Positions 1-12,034 of a stretch of DNA of 64,000 nt are shown here, in pieces. Location: assembly GCA_053919585.1 (NCBI GenBank), contig CM132784.1, one strand, 5' to 3'. The stretch's first letter is position 1. Each line of letters opens with the position of its first letter. The notes under the pieces were generated by a model. That model was not told the origin of the DNA. It ran no database searches and saw nothing but the letters and a program-made list of their open reading frames with translations. The translations under genes were made by a program, and so were the position numbers. The stretch is from Euprymna scolopes. Lineage: Eukaryota.

Positions 1-165
1 ATTTATTTAAAAAATATTATCATTATATGCACACACGCACACTGATACTTGTCAATTTAACTCCTGTGAGATGAAGAAATGAATCTTAATTTTTTGGGTT
101 TTTTCTGTAATACTTTTTCTTTCTTTTTTTCTATAGTTCATTTTTTTTTTTTTTTTTCATTTCAG

Positions 166-236
166 ATGATTTGTGCATTCACAAAATGAATTACGGATGT
201 ATATTTCTTTTGAGGAATTTAATTTACGACCATAAA
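166..236 (+). other. Candidate internal exon (71 nt) of an unidentified transcript
   Basis: A long polypyrimidine tract and TTTCAG acceptor end at 165, and a GTAAGT donor starts at 237. One frame is open (DLCIHKMNYGCIFLLRNLIYDHK). No recognisable homology. Confidence 0.3.
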
Positions 237-1788
237 GTAAGTGGAATTATTTAAAAGCAAGTTTTCTCTTATTGATGTTATAAAAGAAACAAGTTTACTT
301 CAATGACTTATTTTATTCAGAAGCGGGTTAGGGTTATTTTATTCATAAGATTCGGATAGTTTTGAAAATAGTTTTGAAAAACCGAGCAGTTTTTGTGGCT
401 TACACGTTTGGATATTTTTCCCTCTTTAAGACCATATAACATTTTTACACTACTTTTTCAGTAAAAATGTTATATCCTTGTTAAAACACAAGATTAAGCA
501 ATGAAATTTACCATATAAGTGTATTTTTGTGCCAGGAATTAAAATACTGAAAATCACCAGGAATTAATGGTTTCCAAATAATCTGCAGTAAATGCACATA
601 AATGTGCTGCAATTCCTTAAAAATGCCATGTATTCATTAAAAGAAAAGAAGTTAGAGAACTCAAAGCTGAATTGTAATGCATTTCATGTACAAAAAACTG
701 AAATCGAAATCTAGGATTGACTACCTCTCTAAAATAGGCGATTTTACCTTTGTAGGTAATTACGTATGAATACCTTGAAAAACTTTAATGAAAGATAAAC
801 AAGTATTATTTTAGAATTTAATGTAAAATGATTCCCCATTTTAAGCCATTCTAGCGTTTTAGAGCAGTTAACCTTTTTTTTCTATAGAAGATGAATCCTG
901 TGCGGCTTTTTTTTTCTTTTTTTTTTTTTTAAAGACGATTATATGTGGTTTTAAGAGGGTCTTTGTGCAATTATGAGAGGTGGGGATGTTGCCACTCTGA
1001 CTTTGGGTTAATGATAGAGCTAAGGAAAATTATGTGTGAACACCCTGAGAACTTGATAGAAGCAAAACAAAAACAATTTTAGAATTTAGAATGGGGGTTA
1101 GTTTCACATAAATTTACTGTCAAATAATTCACCATTTCAAAACCATTCTAGCGTTTTAGGACAGTTGACCAATTTATTTTTTATGGGTGATAAATCGTGC
1201 ACTTTTCTTTAAGGAAGGATCGGTTATTTTGGGGTTTTTTTCTTAGACACTTATATGTAGCTTACCAAGGAACTTTATTTGGTGAGGAGCTTGCCACTTG
1301 GTGTTATTGTTAGGGCTAAAGGTTTTTTAGGAGAAAGAGGAGGGTTACCACTCCTACCTTGGGTTTGAGATAGGATTAAGGGAGTTTTTTTTTTTTTTAA
1401 GAGGGCGTTTGACACCCATATTTACGGTTAGTGGGTTATAATTATTGGCTTTTGAAAATGTTATGTTTTAAATTTTAGACATCAAATCACTTTTAAATAT
1501 GTAAACTTACGTAAATTAGGGGTGTGAAACTTAACAAGAATTACGACAAACAGACAAAAATAAATTTCATTTAAAACAAGTGACGTCACTAGTAGAAAAC
1601 GTGACGTTAGGAAAGCTTAAGTATTTTTTGCGCACTTATTTAAATATCAAAAAATACTTTTTGCTAAAGCTAACAAATCGTTCACACATTTTGAATAAAT
1701 TTGGTTTTCATTTTCAATTACATTTCTTGTCCAAGTGACACATTATTTCGTTAAACTTTCCAGTTTAAGACGTTTTTTTATTTCTCTA

Positions 1789-1997
1789 CCTGGACTTCGA
1801 GCCAAGATCACAGTGTAGCATTCTGATGCTACACTTCGCCTTTTCTGTCCTCTGTCTGTTAAAGGGAAATCCTTCATGACTGAGACAATTTTTATGTTTG
1901 TTTCTATTCAGATTGACTCTTTTTGGGAAGCTGGATTTTCCTCACAGTAAAAACTGACCTTGTGTCTAACTATTCTCGTGAGGAGGCAAGTAAATAG
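1789..1997 (+). mobile_element. U2-snRNA-headed SINE-like element, diverged copy 1
   Basis: Head CCAAGATCACAGTGTAGCA resembles U2 AAGATCAAAGTGTAGTA. Body GAAATCCTTCAYGACTGAGACAATTTTTAT and tail (GACC..GTGTCTAACT..CGTG.GGAGGCA..GTAAATAG) are shared with the copy at 24383-24989. Confidence 0.7.
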
Positions 1998-2386
1998 AAA
2001 CTTAACTAGAAACTGAGCACCTCCTACAAATATTTAAATATTGATTTTGCATTTTTTTTTTATATATAATTGGGTAGATTAGTGTCATTCAATTATAATT
2101 TGCCGAGAAAAATTGTAAAAAAAAACAAAAAAAATATATTGTGGGTGGGGAAAGGTACTGCTCGTACACGTGAAGCCAAAAAATCATATTTCACATTTTC
2201 GTTTTTTTTTTTTTTTTTTTTTAAAACAAAACACTGTTTAATTCACCGTTAAAAACTAATGTAAATTGATAAAAGTGCACACGTTACATATTTATGTCTT
2301 TTCAACTATATTTTTAAAATTTGACCAAAAGTAATGCTGGACTGGTTGGGATTGCTTTAATTATATATTCTGATAACCGAATAGCT

Positions 2387-3719
2387 TAGGCACCGCCAAA
2401 ACTGGGGGGGGGGGGGCAGGTAAGTACTTTTTGACGGACCGTCTTTTTAAAAATCTACCAAAAATCAGGTAATTATCCAATCAATACAAAATTTTCAGTG
2501 ATTATTAAGAGAAGAATGAACTTTATAACAGTGTACTTATTTTTCATAAACGATATTTATATATATATATTTTTTGCGCTTACAACCCCCCTTGTTTTGA
2601 GGGGGTGCCAAATATGCTTAAAATAATCATCTGAAACTGAACAAAACATATTGTGTTGTTGTAAGGGACAGGATTATAGATTTAAAAAAAAAAAAAAAAA
2701 GAAACTTGTTTGCATACCTTATTTTGACATCTGAATATCAGAACTTGGATTGTGTTTAATTATCCCGCTTTTGAGTTTTGAAGTGTGAAATTCGGTGAAT
2801 ATGTTAAGTAAAATAATTAATTTAAGTTAAGCAAAACAAAATTTTTTTTTTTAAATATTTATACGAAAAAAGCCATTTTAAAATTTTTGATAAATAAATT
2901 AACAATTTTTTTTTAGCGAGCCGAATAATGCATGACAATTATTAAACAGGGCATGCTTTGAAAAATCGATACAAAAAAAAATTTGATAAATATTGTGCCC
3001 TTTGTGCTAAAAATATCATTTTTTCGATCCCATTTGAAAACGTTTGCTGCCTTTCGACTACGGTGGACCAAACGCGCTGAAATAATTTTTTTTTATTCTG
3101 CTTTAAATCCCCCCCCCCCATTTGGGGAGCCTGGCCCCCACACACATACACATTAAAAACCAAACTCATACAAATGGTCACGCATCTGGTACCGGCCAGC
3201 CTCAGCATTAATAATACATTGAAATTTTTGTCACTAAAAAAAGTTTTTTTTGGCTTGTTTGATCTTCCATAGTTTGCTTTTTATCAAGTACAAATGTAAA
3301 CATTGTCTAAATCGACGCGAAGTAACTGGTTGCCTGTATGAATAAGTGGAATTATTTGAAATCCAGGTACTTATATTATAATATTTTTGCATATTCTCAT
3401 AGAAAATCACCTTAAATCTTAGTTAGACAACAAATAAATAAATTAATTATTTCAAAAACCTTTTTTTTTTTTAACTATTTATATACGTTTTTTGTGCAAG
3501 ACAAAAATGTCAATTATTAACTTTTGGGGAAAATTTAACATTTAAAATTTAATTAAAAATAGTAGAAAAAGTTTTACATTATTCTGCTTTCTATATGATA
3601 AAATTCAGGATTTTATTTTCCTGGAAAAAAAAAAAGTTACTCAGAAATAATGGATTTTAATAAATGTAATTTCGTTTTAAAAAACAACTTGATTTTTCAG
3701 CCATTTTTGGCGGTGTCTA
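2387..3719. mobile_element. Non-autonomous hAT DNA transposon
   Basis: TIRs TAGGCACCGCCAAAACTGG (2387) and CCATTTTTGGCGGTGTCTA (to 3719). Exact 8-bp TSD GAATAGCT at 2379-2386 and 3720-3727. Confidence 0.9.
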
Positions 3720-4979
3720 GAATAGCTCTAATTAAGCAAAATATGTTCTGATAATATGAGCTCTAAGTAAATATTTAAGAAAATTTTTTTTATATATTCA
3801 TATTTTCATTTTTAAAATTTTTAATTTGTTCTGGAATAAAAAAACAAAATAAAAGCGTTGTTTACAGCAATACTATCGCTGCTGCTGCTACAGATCGTTT
3901 TTAGATACCTTTTTTAAAATAGAACAATTTTTTCCCCGGTATCATGATTTTAAATTGCTCGGTACCACAAGAGAAAGCAGGTTACAATTTTATTTTTAAC
4001 GGATAAATATAGTAAAAAGATTGATTTATTTAACAGTGGGTGTCCAAAGAAATTATCTTTCAAAATTTTCCGTACTCGTCATGTTGAAATTTTATTTTTT
4101 AACACAACAAAAAAATGAGTGGTGAAAAGAATTTCAGACACCCGGATCTATTAAAAGTGATATCTCTTCTAGTTAATTTCCAAATTTCATGAAAAAATTC
4201 TCAAGAGAAACGTAGTACGACCATTTACAAATCCGAGGGGGGGGGGTCATTACAAAATCTTACCGAAAACGCTGTTTTATGATAACATTTTTATCATTTT
4301 ATTTGCTTAAAACTCTTAAAATATATAATGTACATTATTATTTATTAATTCATTTGGAAGTGTATTCATTTTCGAACAAAACAGTGGTATTTTGAGGATT
4401 TAAGGTGCTTTGATTTTTAAAATATGACAATTTTAGCAGAACTCCCTTGAAATCCAAAGCGTTTTATTGTCCATGTGTATTGCTACACAAAGGATTGAAT
4501 TTGTTGCAAAGTTTTTTAATAAAAGAAAAAAGAAAATTATAGCAAAAGACAATTTTCTAAAAGGGCTCTCATCCCTTTTTTAAGCTCCTTAACAGCCCTT
4601 AGTATTTTTAGAATCGTAATTGATTAAATTTTGTGCAAATTAAGGATATTTGACTTTTTTTGGTGTTTTCTGGCACTAAAAACAATAAAAATATATGAAA
4701 ACTACGGCTAAACATCCCTAATGAATCTGCTGCTTATAAATGTTATTGGTTTTGAAAACTGATGCATGTATACATGCACCTTTGCTTTATTCGCACCCCC
4801 CCTCTCCTTCTCTGTCTAACTCATAGAGGAGAGAGAGATAATAACAACCTATCGTTTTAAAGGCTATCATTAAATTTGGCATGCCTCCATAAAATATTTA
4901 TTGAATTAAAATTTATGCTGTATGAGATGATATGAGCATAATCTAACACTTATTTAACTGACATCATTCAACTCTGCTG

Positions 4980-5072
4980 CTATGAAGACCTCGCCGGTGT
5001 GAAGAAGGATAGAAGAACGTGGCATGAGTCAAAAGATCCGTGACACTAGCACGACTTAATGATGACGATATA
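4980..5072 (+). mobile_element. RTE-clade LINE extreme 3' remnant
   Basis: GAAGACCTCGCCGGTGTGAAGAAGGATAGAAGAACGTGG (EDL...DRRTW) followed by a decayed (GAT)n-like tail, typical of RTE C-termini. Confidence 0.5.
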
Positions 5073-5302
5073 TCCGTCTGTTTTCATTCATATATGATTT
5101 ATTTAATCGTTTATGAATATAAATTTAAATCTTAGTACTTTATTTTATTTCATTTAGAAATGAAAAATAAAAACTGAAATAATAATATATCCCAATCCAA
5201 AATTGAAAAAAAAAAAAAAAAAAAAAAAAGAAGCACTTTAGAGATGCCGGTAGATTTTACTTTAAATAATTCATTAAAAAAAGAACCCTCGGATTGGGAC
5301 CA

Positions 5303-5345
<43 letters not shown>

Positions 5346-5779
5346 GGAAATACAATTTGATAAAAAAATTTAATTCACTAAAGTTTCCTCTTTGAAATTT
5401 AAAAAAAAAACAAAAAAAAACAAAAAAAAACAACTTAAAACCTTATATAAAGTAAGGTCACCATATTGACGAATAGCCTATTTCTATATGCATATAGGTA
5501 TATAATATTGCACATCTGACATTTGAGAATCATGAACACTAAAAATAAATTGTCCATTAATAAAAATAGTAACTTAACTCGAAGTAGCCTGGAAAAAAAG
5601 CTGTCAATGACACAAGGGAAAGAATTGTACATTTATAAAGAGATTAAATTTGATTACATCTAAATCTTATTAAAAAATAAGAAAGTTGACATTGAATGTA
5701 CTTTTACTATATTTACCCATTTTTGCACTCTGAACTAAGCTAGTTTGTGATGCCTAATATGATTATGGCTTAAAACAGG

Positions 5780-6283
5780 ATTAGACACTGGGAAATATTG
5801 TGTACACAGAAAATTATTCCAATAAATGTCACCATACTTACACTCCTCTCGTCCAATCAATGCTGAATACATCCTTGGGACTCTCTCCCAAAATTGCATA
5901 TTATAAAATGTAAAGAATAAAAATGTAATCTTGTGTTATGGGCTGCGGATATGAGGACAATGACTTGAAAGTTCCTCATTATCTTCCAGCTAATATTTAT
6001 TTGGTTGTGGTCACCATGGGAAAAATTAGTGCATGTGGGAGGGATTCAGAAAAGAAATGATTTTCGTTCATTCTTACTGGTAAATGTTCAAAAAACAACA
6101 CAGAAATTAGGTTGATTACTCATTGCTTTTTCTGTCCATTTTTTTCTATCATATTTAAACAGTTGCCAAAATTTGTACATGAATTAAAGAAACGGTCAAA
6201 TTATGTTTTAAAAGAAAAATGTTTTTTTTTACTATTGTATTTTCTTTTCCAGGATCCTGGGCAACACTAGATAGCCTTGTTAG
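5780..6283 (+). mobile_element. Highly decayed Helitron-like remnant
   Basis: Ends with a degenerate Helitron 3' terminus (CCTGGGCAACACTAG...TTAGT). Faint resemblance to Rep-domain words upstream. Confidence 0.3.
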
Positions 6284-7413
6284 TATATTGTGATAGGCAA
6301 CATTGGTAAATAAGGATATAAATAAATGGAGAATACAATATATAGATGAACCTTGTAAATATAGTTCTTGGTATATAATATCCTCAAATAATTAAAATAT
6401 TTTTTTTCCTTAAAAATTTAGCTGAGAAGTTTCAGCTTCAGGTCACAGATTTAAGAAATCCCTGAAAAATTACATAATTTACTAACCAACCAGTTTTTAG
6501 GTTCTTTTATACAATAGGGTTATCAAAAAATTATATTTTACTTTAAGAGCCATAAATAAAAAAAAAAAATATGCTTGACCTTTGTCATTAATCACTTGGA
6601 TAAAATGATTTTGAATTCAATCTTTTAATAAATTAAAGGGAAACCTCCAAGTGAAAACTAACCAAAAAAAAAAAAAATACAAAAAAAAAAAATAAAACAA
6701 CAACAGAATTTTATAACTCTGGTTGAGTTATAAAATTCAGACAGCTTATGCCTATCAGAATAATGCAGTAGGCTAGGACAACCATAATATCCTGTTACAA
6801 GTGCATTTTATAACATAAGTATTTTATGGATATGCATTCCCCCTTCTCAAAAAGAAAAAAAATGATCAAAACAAGATATCTCTGGAAATTTAGAGATGAT
6901 TTAAGTCATAAATTACTTTTTATTTGACAGTTTAAAAACAGAAAACAAAAAGATTAGTGTCACAGCAGTCAACACATGGCAGCAATTTATTAAATAATAT
7001 TCTAAAAAATGTGTTTATTAATGAAACGTAATGTAGATTTTATTTTGCTGAATAAAGTAATTTCTTGCTTGAATAAAAGTTTAGAGGCAAAACTCAAGTA
7101 GTATAGTTCTTTTGAATTCTTAAATCAAAGGAAAATGGTAATTTTTTTTTTCTCTGACACCACTCTTATATCAAAGAACTAATTTTTATGGCATAAGTAA
7201 ACAGGTTGCAAGTGAAAAGAGTTTTTATGTAATTCTTGTCTTTGTCGCATATAATTATGGAATGACATAATTTGCTAAGGATTTTTGTGTCTTTAACAAT
7301 ATTCAGTTTTTGTCCATTGCTTCTGTTTGCTTTACATAAATTCTATGCATACTTAATATTGAATAGATAGAAATATTGAAATTGAAAGGATAGATTCTGG
7401 TTTAAAATATATT

Positions 7414-7415
<2 letters not shown>

Positions 7416-7486
<71 letters not shown>
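7416..7486. repeat. (TA)n microsatellite
   Basis: Direct. Similar tracts at about 17522-17576, 54514-54562 and 57722-57757; (CA)n at about 40433-40489 and 24438-24469. Confidence 0.95.
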
Positions 7487-7488
<2 letters not shown>

Positions 7489-7859
7489 TTGTTTGTCCAC
7501 CGACAAAGAGACTGGACCTAATAATTCATTCCTGTTCATTTGTTCACACTTTTCTCAATAACCACCCTTTGAATTTTTTTTTTAATTTTGCACAAACACT
7601 AGTCATAGCGAAAGCAAATTTTTTACTTGTGGAGGGGAACCCCCATGTGCTCTGCTTTTTTTTTTTTTTTTTATGATTCTGAAAATCATTTTTAAAGGTG
7701 TAGATTCTTAGATGTGTCCAAGCATCTCTATACAAAGGCTGTCAATTTGTTATGCTTAAGTTTGAAATTGCATTCACACGTCAGAGTTGAGAAGGTGCAA
7801 ATTGAAAACATGCAACTTGAAGATACTAACATGAAGGACGTAGAAGAGCAAGTAAAATA

Positions 7860-8044
7860 CAAATATCGATCAGTTGATGCACTTCTGATGGTCCTTTTGG
7901 GCCAATTTTTCGATATTTGTTGTCCGGAGGGTGGGGCTTTCATATGAGACCAAGTTTGTGAATTTTTGTTCCGTCGGTCAAAAGTTTTTAGCAGACACAC
8001 AAACATACATACATTTTCGCTTTTATATATATATATATATATAG
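7860..8044 (-). mobile_element. Non-autonomous Helitron 5' segment
   Basis: Near-identical reverse complement of 62630-62800 (TCTATATATATAAAAGCGAAAATGTATGTATG...). Confidence 0.8.
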
Positions 8045-8234
8045 ATACCTGGCAACATGGCAAAAAAAGAAAAATACTGAGGATGAAGTTTGACTTTGAA
8101 ATATATTTATAAATTTCAAACAAAAATAAACATGTTTATTTTCGTAACAATGCAGTGTTTTGACTTCAAACGTATCTAATACATATTTTATTGTATCTGT
8201 ATTTTGATTAATGTCATCTTTTCTTCTTTAGTAT

Positions 8235-8345
8235 AACCTTTCTCTCATAGACGTGATGTTGCTAGTCTCAATCAGTTCTACAAATACTATTATGGCATGT
8301 GTTCTTCAGAATTGTCTGATCTATTCCCTGCTTCTTTTGTTTCAC
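8235..8345 (+). mobile_element. CR1/L2-group LINE ORF2 C-terminal fragment
   Basis: SHRRDVASL..FYKYYYGMCSSELSDL; same subfamily as 37140-37240. Confidence 0.75.
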
Positions 8346-8483
8346 TGTGGTTTCATGTATGTGAACAAAATTTGTTTGACAAGGTGTGTGTGTGGGGGGG
8401 GGGTAACTTTAATAAAGTTTGACGGGATTGTTTTCCTTTTACCTTTGAGATTTGAAGGCGGGGGTTGTATAATTTTTGTTTTT

Positions 8484-8700
8484 CTTTATAATTAGAGGTT
8501 CCCATATACTGTTGTTATCTATACTTGGTCTACTTAGTAATTTTTTTCTTCTTTAAGTCGTCTAACTCTCCATCTTGCATCCCTGTCAGTTATTTTGACT
8601 TCGTTCCATAAAGGGAAGTGTATTCCTTTTTCTTCCCATATATGATCAGCTAGTCCTGATTTTTTTTTACCTCCCCCACCTTCTGTGTCATGGCTTTAGT
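8484..8700 (-). mobile_element. Penelope-like element remnant (C-terminal half of GIY-YIG endonuclease)
   Basis: Minus-strand translation SGLADHIWEEKGIHFPLWNEVKITDRDARWRVRRLKE...LLSRPSIDNNSIWEPLII matches the PLE pattern S.lA.H....H...W..vkI.......R.lkE. Confidence 0.7.
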
Positions 8701-10823
8701 CAAGTCATCTGGACTTGATTTTCTTGACAATAAAAAAAATTAAACCAACATGATGTATTTATTTATTAGTGAGATCGTTTATTTATAGTATAAGACCAAA
8801 GGCCACAAGATCACAAGTTAAAAATCCCATTCCCAAATTTAGCATAGACCCCCAAAGTTTTCAATTGTTTTAAATAGTAAATTATGGTAAACAAAGTAAA
8901 TATTCTAGAGTTCACTTGCCTGCTCCCTTATCAAATCTTTTAAAATGTTCAAATTTCTTTTTGTGCCTATTTACTAAACTTCTATATGAACCTCTCAGTG
9001 GATCACCGTTAATATAAGATTTACGATACTGGAACAAGTTTTTTGGGGCTTTTTTTTTTGTTGTTGCTAATACTGCTCTGACTTTGTTCATTCTTTGGTC
9101 TCTGAAATAATGTTTTATTGTATTTTTTCAGTTTTGGCACAAGTTAAAAATATTGATGAATATCTAGGAATGAGTTTATTAAATTCTTGGACGTAAAAGG
9201 GGAAAAATGTAGGACTTTGTCAAATTAAAAAAAGCAATTATATCTACATTTGAAAGTACCAAAAGAATGAGATACTCTTTTTTAGGAGATTATGCGTGAA
9301 CACACTGAAATAAACGATGATTTTAGAATTTAGTGGTAGGGGTGATGGTTAGTTGCACTTATTAATTGAATGTAAAATGATCCCTATTTCCAGGCATTCT
9401 AAATTTGTGGAGGTTAACTAAATTTTTACCACTAACTCTAAGTATGATTAGCAATTTTTTAATATTATCACCCAAACTTAAAGATAGAAGTAGGAAAATG
9501 GCATGTTTTTATGATAACAGTGATGTAATATACTAGTTTTATCAGGAACATGACAGATTTAAAAAAAACAAAATTGGTTAGATATCCTTGAAACACTGTC
9601 TGGTCCAAAAGCGGGATCATTTTACGTCATATTTGTATGGGAAACTGGTGTTTTGTTGTTTTTAGGTGTGTACCGATTAATCGGCAAATAAGTAATCGGC
9701 CACGTTACCGATTAATCGGTAATCAGCTAATTTGTTGATTAATCAGGCAATTAATTACTGTTCTCCTTCCTATTAAATTTAAGCCATTTCATCACTGCCA
9801 AGTGACTCATCAGATAGCTTTGATGCATTAACATAGTAACTACTAATTTAACTTAACATTTGTTAAGTATCTGGTTTCTATCATGGTTCTTTGCCATTAT
9901 TAAATAAAATTACAAAATACAAACTCCAATTTCCAATTCTTTATTGAATATAATTAAACAATTATATAAGAAAAAAAGAACTTACAAACCAACTACAAAG
10001 TACAAATTGTAATTCTTTGAGTGATTAACTATAAGCTGAAGTTCTGTACCTCTGCTGCTGTTCTACTTCCTCTTCTATAATCTCGTTACCTATCTCTTCT
10101 GCTCTTATAATCTCCTCAGTATTTAAAGTTGATTACTTTTAAGTTGTAATGTAGTAACAGTTGAGTTTCTCCATTCTAAGGATACAGCCTGTTCTTCATA
10201 GATTCATACACATTACCACCTGTACTAAAGAGCCTCTCACTCTCCACAGATGAAGATGGTGTGCTTAAATATTTTGAAGCCAGTTTACTCAACAGTTGTA
10301 AGGTCTCCTGTGTCTTCATTACATAACACGACCACTGAAATGTATCATCACCTCTTGTGTGTAGTGGTAAAGCTACATAATGACCAAGTTCTTTTGTGTA
10401 CTTAAGCATAAGGGATTTACTACTTTTGAGTTTAGATTGTGATTCTTGTATTTATGTTATAGTTGCAGTCTCCAGGTTTAACTCAGCTTTTTTTTATTTG
10501 TTACTGTAGGCTTATTTGAAGCTAATTCATAAAACAGGCTTGAAAAAGGTACAGTTTCTTTCACCTTGATCTTCCGACCCTTAACAGAGCCTGAAGAAGT
10601 GTATTCTGCTGATTTTGTTTCATTATCATCAGTAGAAAATAGATTTAGGGTCCAATTTATAATAGTGTTTTCCATGTCATTCTTTTGAAATTTAAATTTG
10701 AATCATGGATCTAGGAAAGTAGAAAAACAAGTTTTTATCATTTAGATGGGACTAGCAAAAGTACCCGTCGTTGACTGGGTTCAAAAACAGCCTGCAGAAA
10801 ATGGACTCTGATTTATGAAAGTA

Positions 10824-11424
10824 CTAGCGGGGGATACCCGGCGTTGCCCGGGTGTTTGGAGGTGTGTGTGTGTGTGTGTTGGGGGGGGGTAGATCAAAAC
10901 AACCCTGTTTAAAAAAAAATAAATAAATAAAAAAAAAAAACTTTGGCTGGGTATTTAGAGGTGTAAAAGAAAAAAAAAAGTTTTAGTAAAAAGGTAAGCT
11001 TGAACCCCGAATCTTTGACACGGAGGTGGAAAAAAAATGGAAAAAATAAACCTGCGACCTAACCACCTCAACCACGGGAATAGATGAATTGATAAGTGTG
11101 TTAAGTTGACGTTTATAAAGTGAAATTAACAGGTGCGAGAACGTTAAGTCGCGTGATATTTGACCTAGTTTTGCGCTGGAAGCCAGTTTCTGTTTTCCCC
11201 GCTACACTGCAATCAAAAAATATCTCGAAAATAGCTTGTAAAAGTCAGGTAAATTAAAGATAGTCGCGACCTGAGTTCCTTAGTCATAGATATTATTTAT
11301 ACAGCATATAAAAAGTTTTAAGAAGGAGCGAGCCAACCGAGAATCATGGCGAAAAAAGCCTTTTGTGGACATACACAAAAAGCGAACACACATACATACA
11401 CACATTTTCGCTTTTATATATATA
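10824..11424 (-). mobile_element. Non-autonomous Helitron
   Basis: 3' CTAG preceded by the CCCGGGCAACGCCGGG hairpin (on the - strand); 5' TATATAAAAGCGAAAATGTGTG. A truncated 3' end also lies at about 10751-10780. Confidence 0.85.
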
Positions 11425-12034
11425 CTAGTGGGGGGGTACCCGGCGATGCCCGGGTGTCTTGAGGTAAATCAAAACTGGGGGGGGGGGGTAAATAATAAAA
11501 AAAAAAATGTTTTGGTAGGTGAGTATATGAGGATCGAACCCGTACCCTTGAGTTGGAAATTAATGTATGAAAAAAAAAAAAAAACGTGCGATGTTACCAT
11601 TGGGCCACCGCGACATACAGCGTAGACGTGTTTGAATTTATTTATGTAACTATAACTATAAAAACAGGCGTGCGTAATAAAAGTTAACTTTGCTGCTTCC
11701 ATTTGACCTAATTAAGAAGGTCAAATAGAAGTCACGCAGCGTAAGCGTCTGTTCCCGGCGCATTGCCGCGAACACGTCCGTTTGAGTTTAGTTTCATTTT
11801 ATTTATACTAAAAAGCCCAATCAACACGCGAGAAGCCAAAATAACATTAATTTTGTAAAATTCGACGTAAATAAATCTATACGCTACGCGCTTTCCTAAT
11901 TCCTAGATATTATAATATAGGACCTATATACACAGTTTTAAGCGATAGTAACGACCCCGGGAGCGCGTGCAAAAGAAGCCTTTTGAAGACATACACAAAA
12001 TGATCACACACATTTTGCCTTTTATATATATAGA
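11425..12034 (-). mobile_element. Non-autonomous Helitron, head-to-tail with the previous one
   Basis: CTAG plus CCCGGCGATGCCCGGG hairpin at 11425-11455; 5' TCTATATATATAAAAGGCAAAATGTGTG at 12034. Confidence 0.85.

Noticed and set aside
7413-7676. Short ORFs with YIYIYI, FFFF or KKKK runs throughout the track
   Set aside because: Translations of microsatellites and homopolymers.
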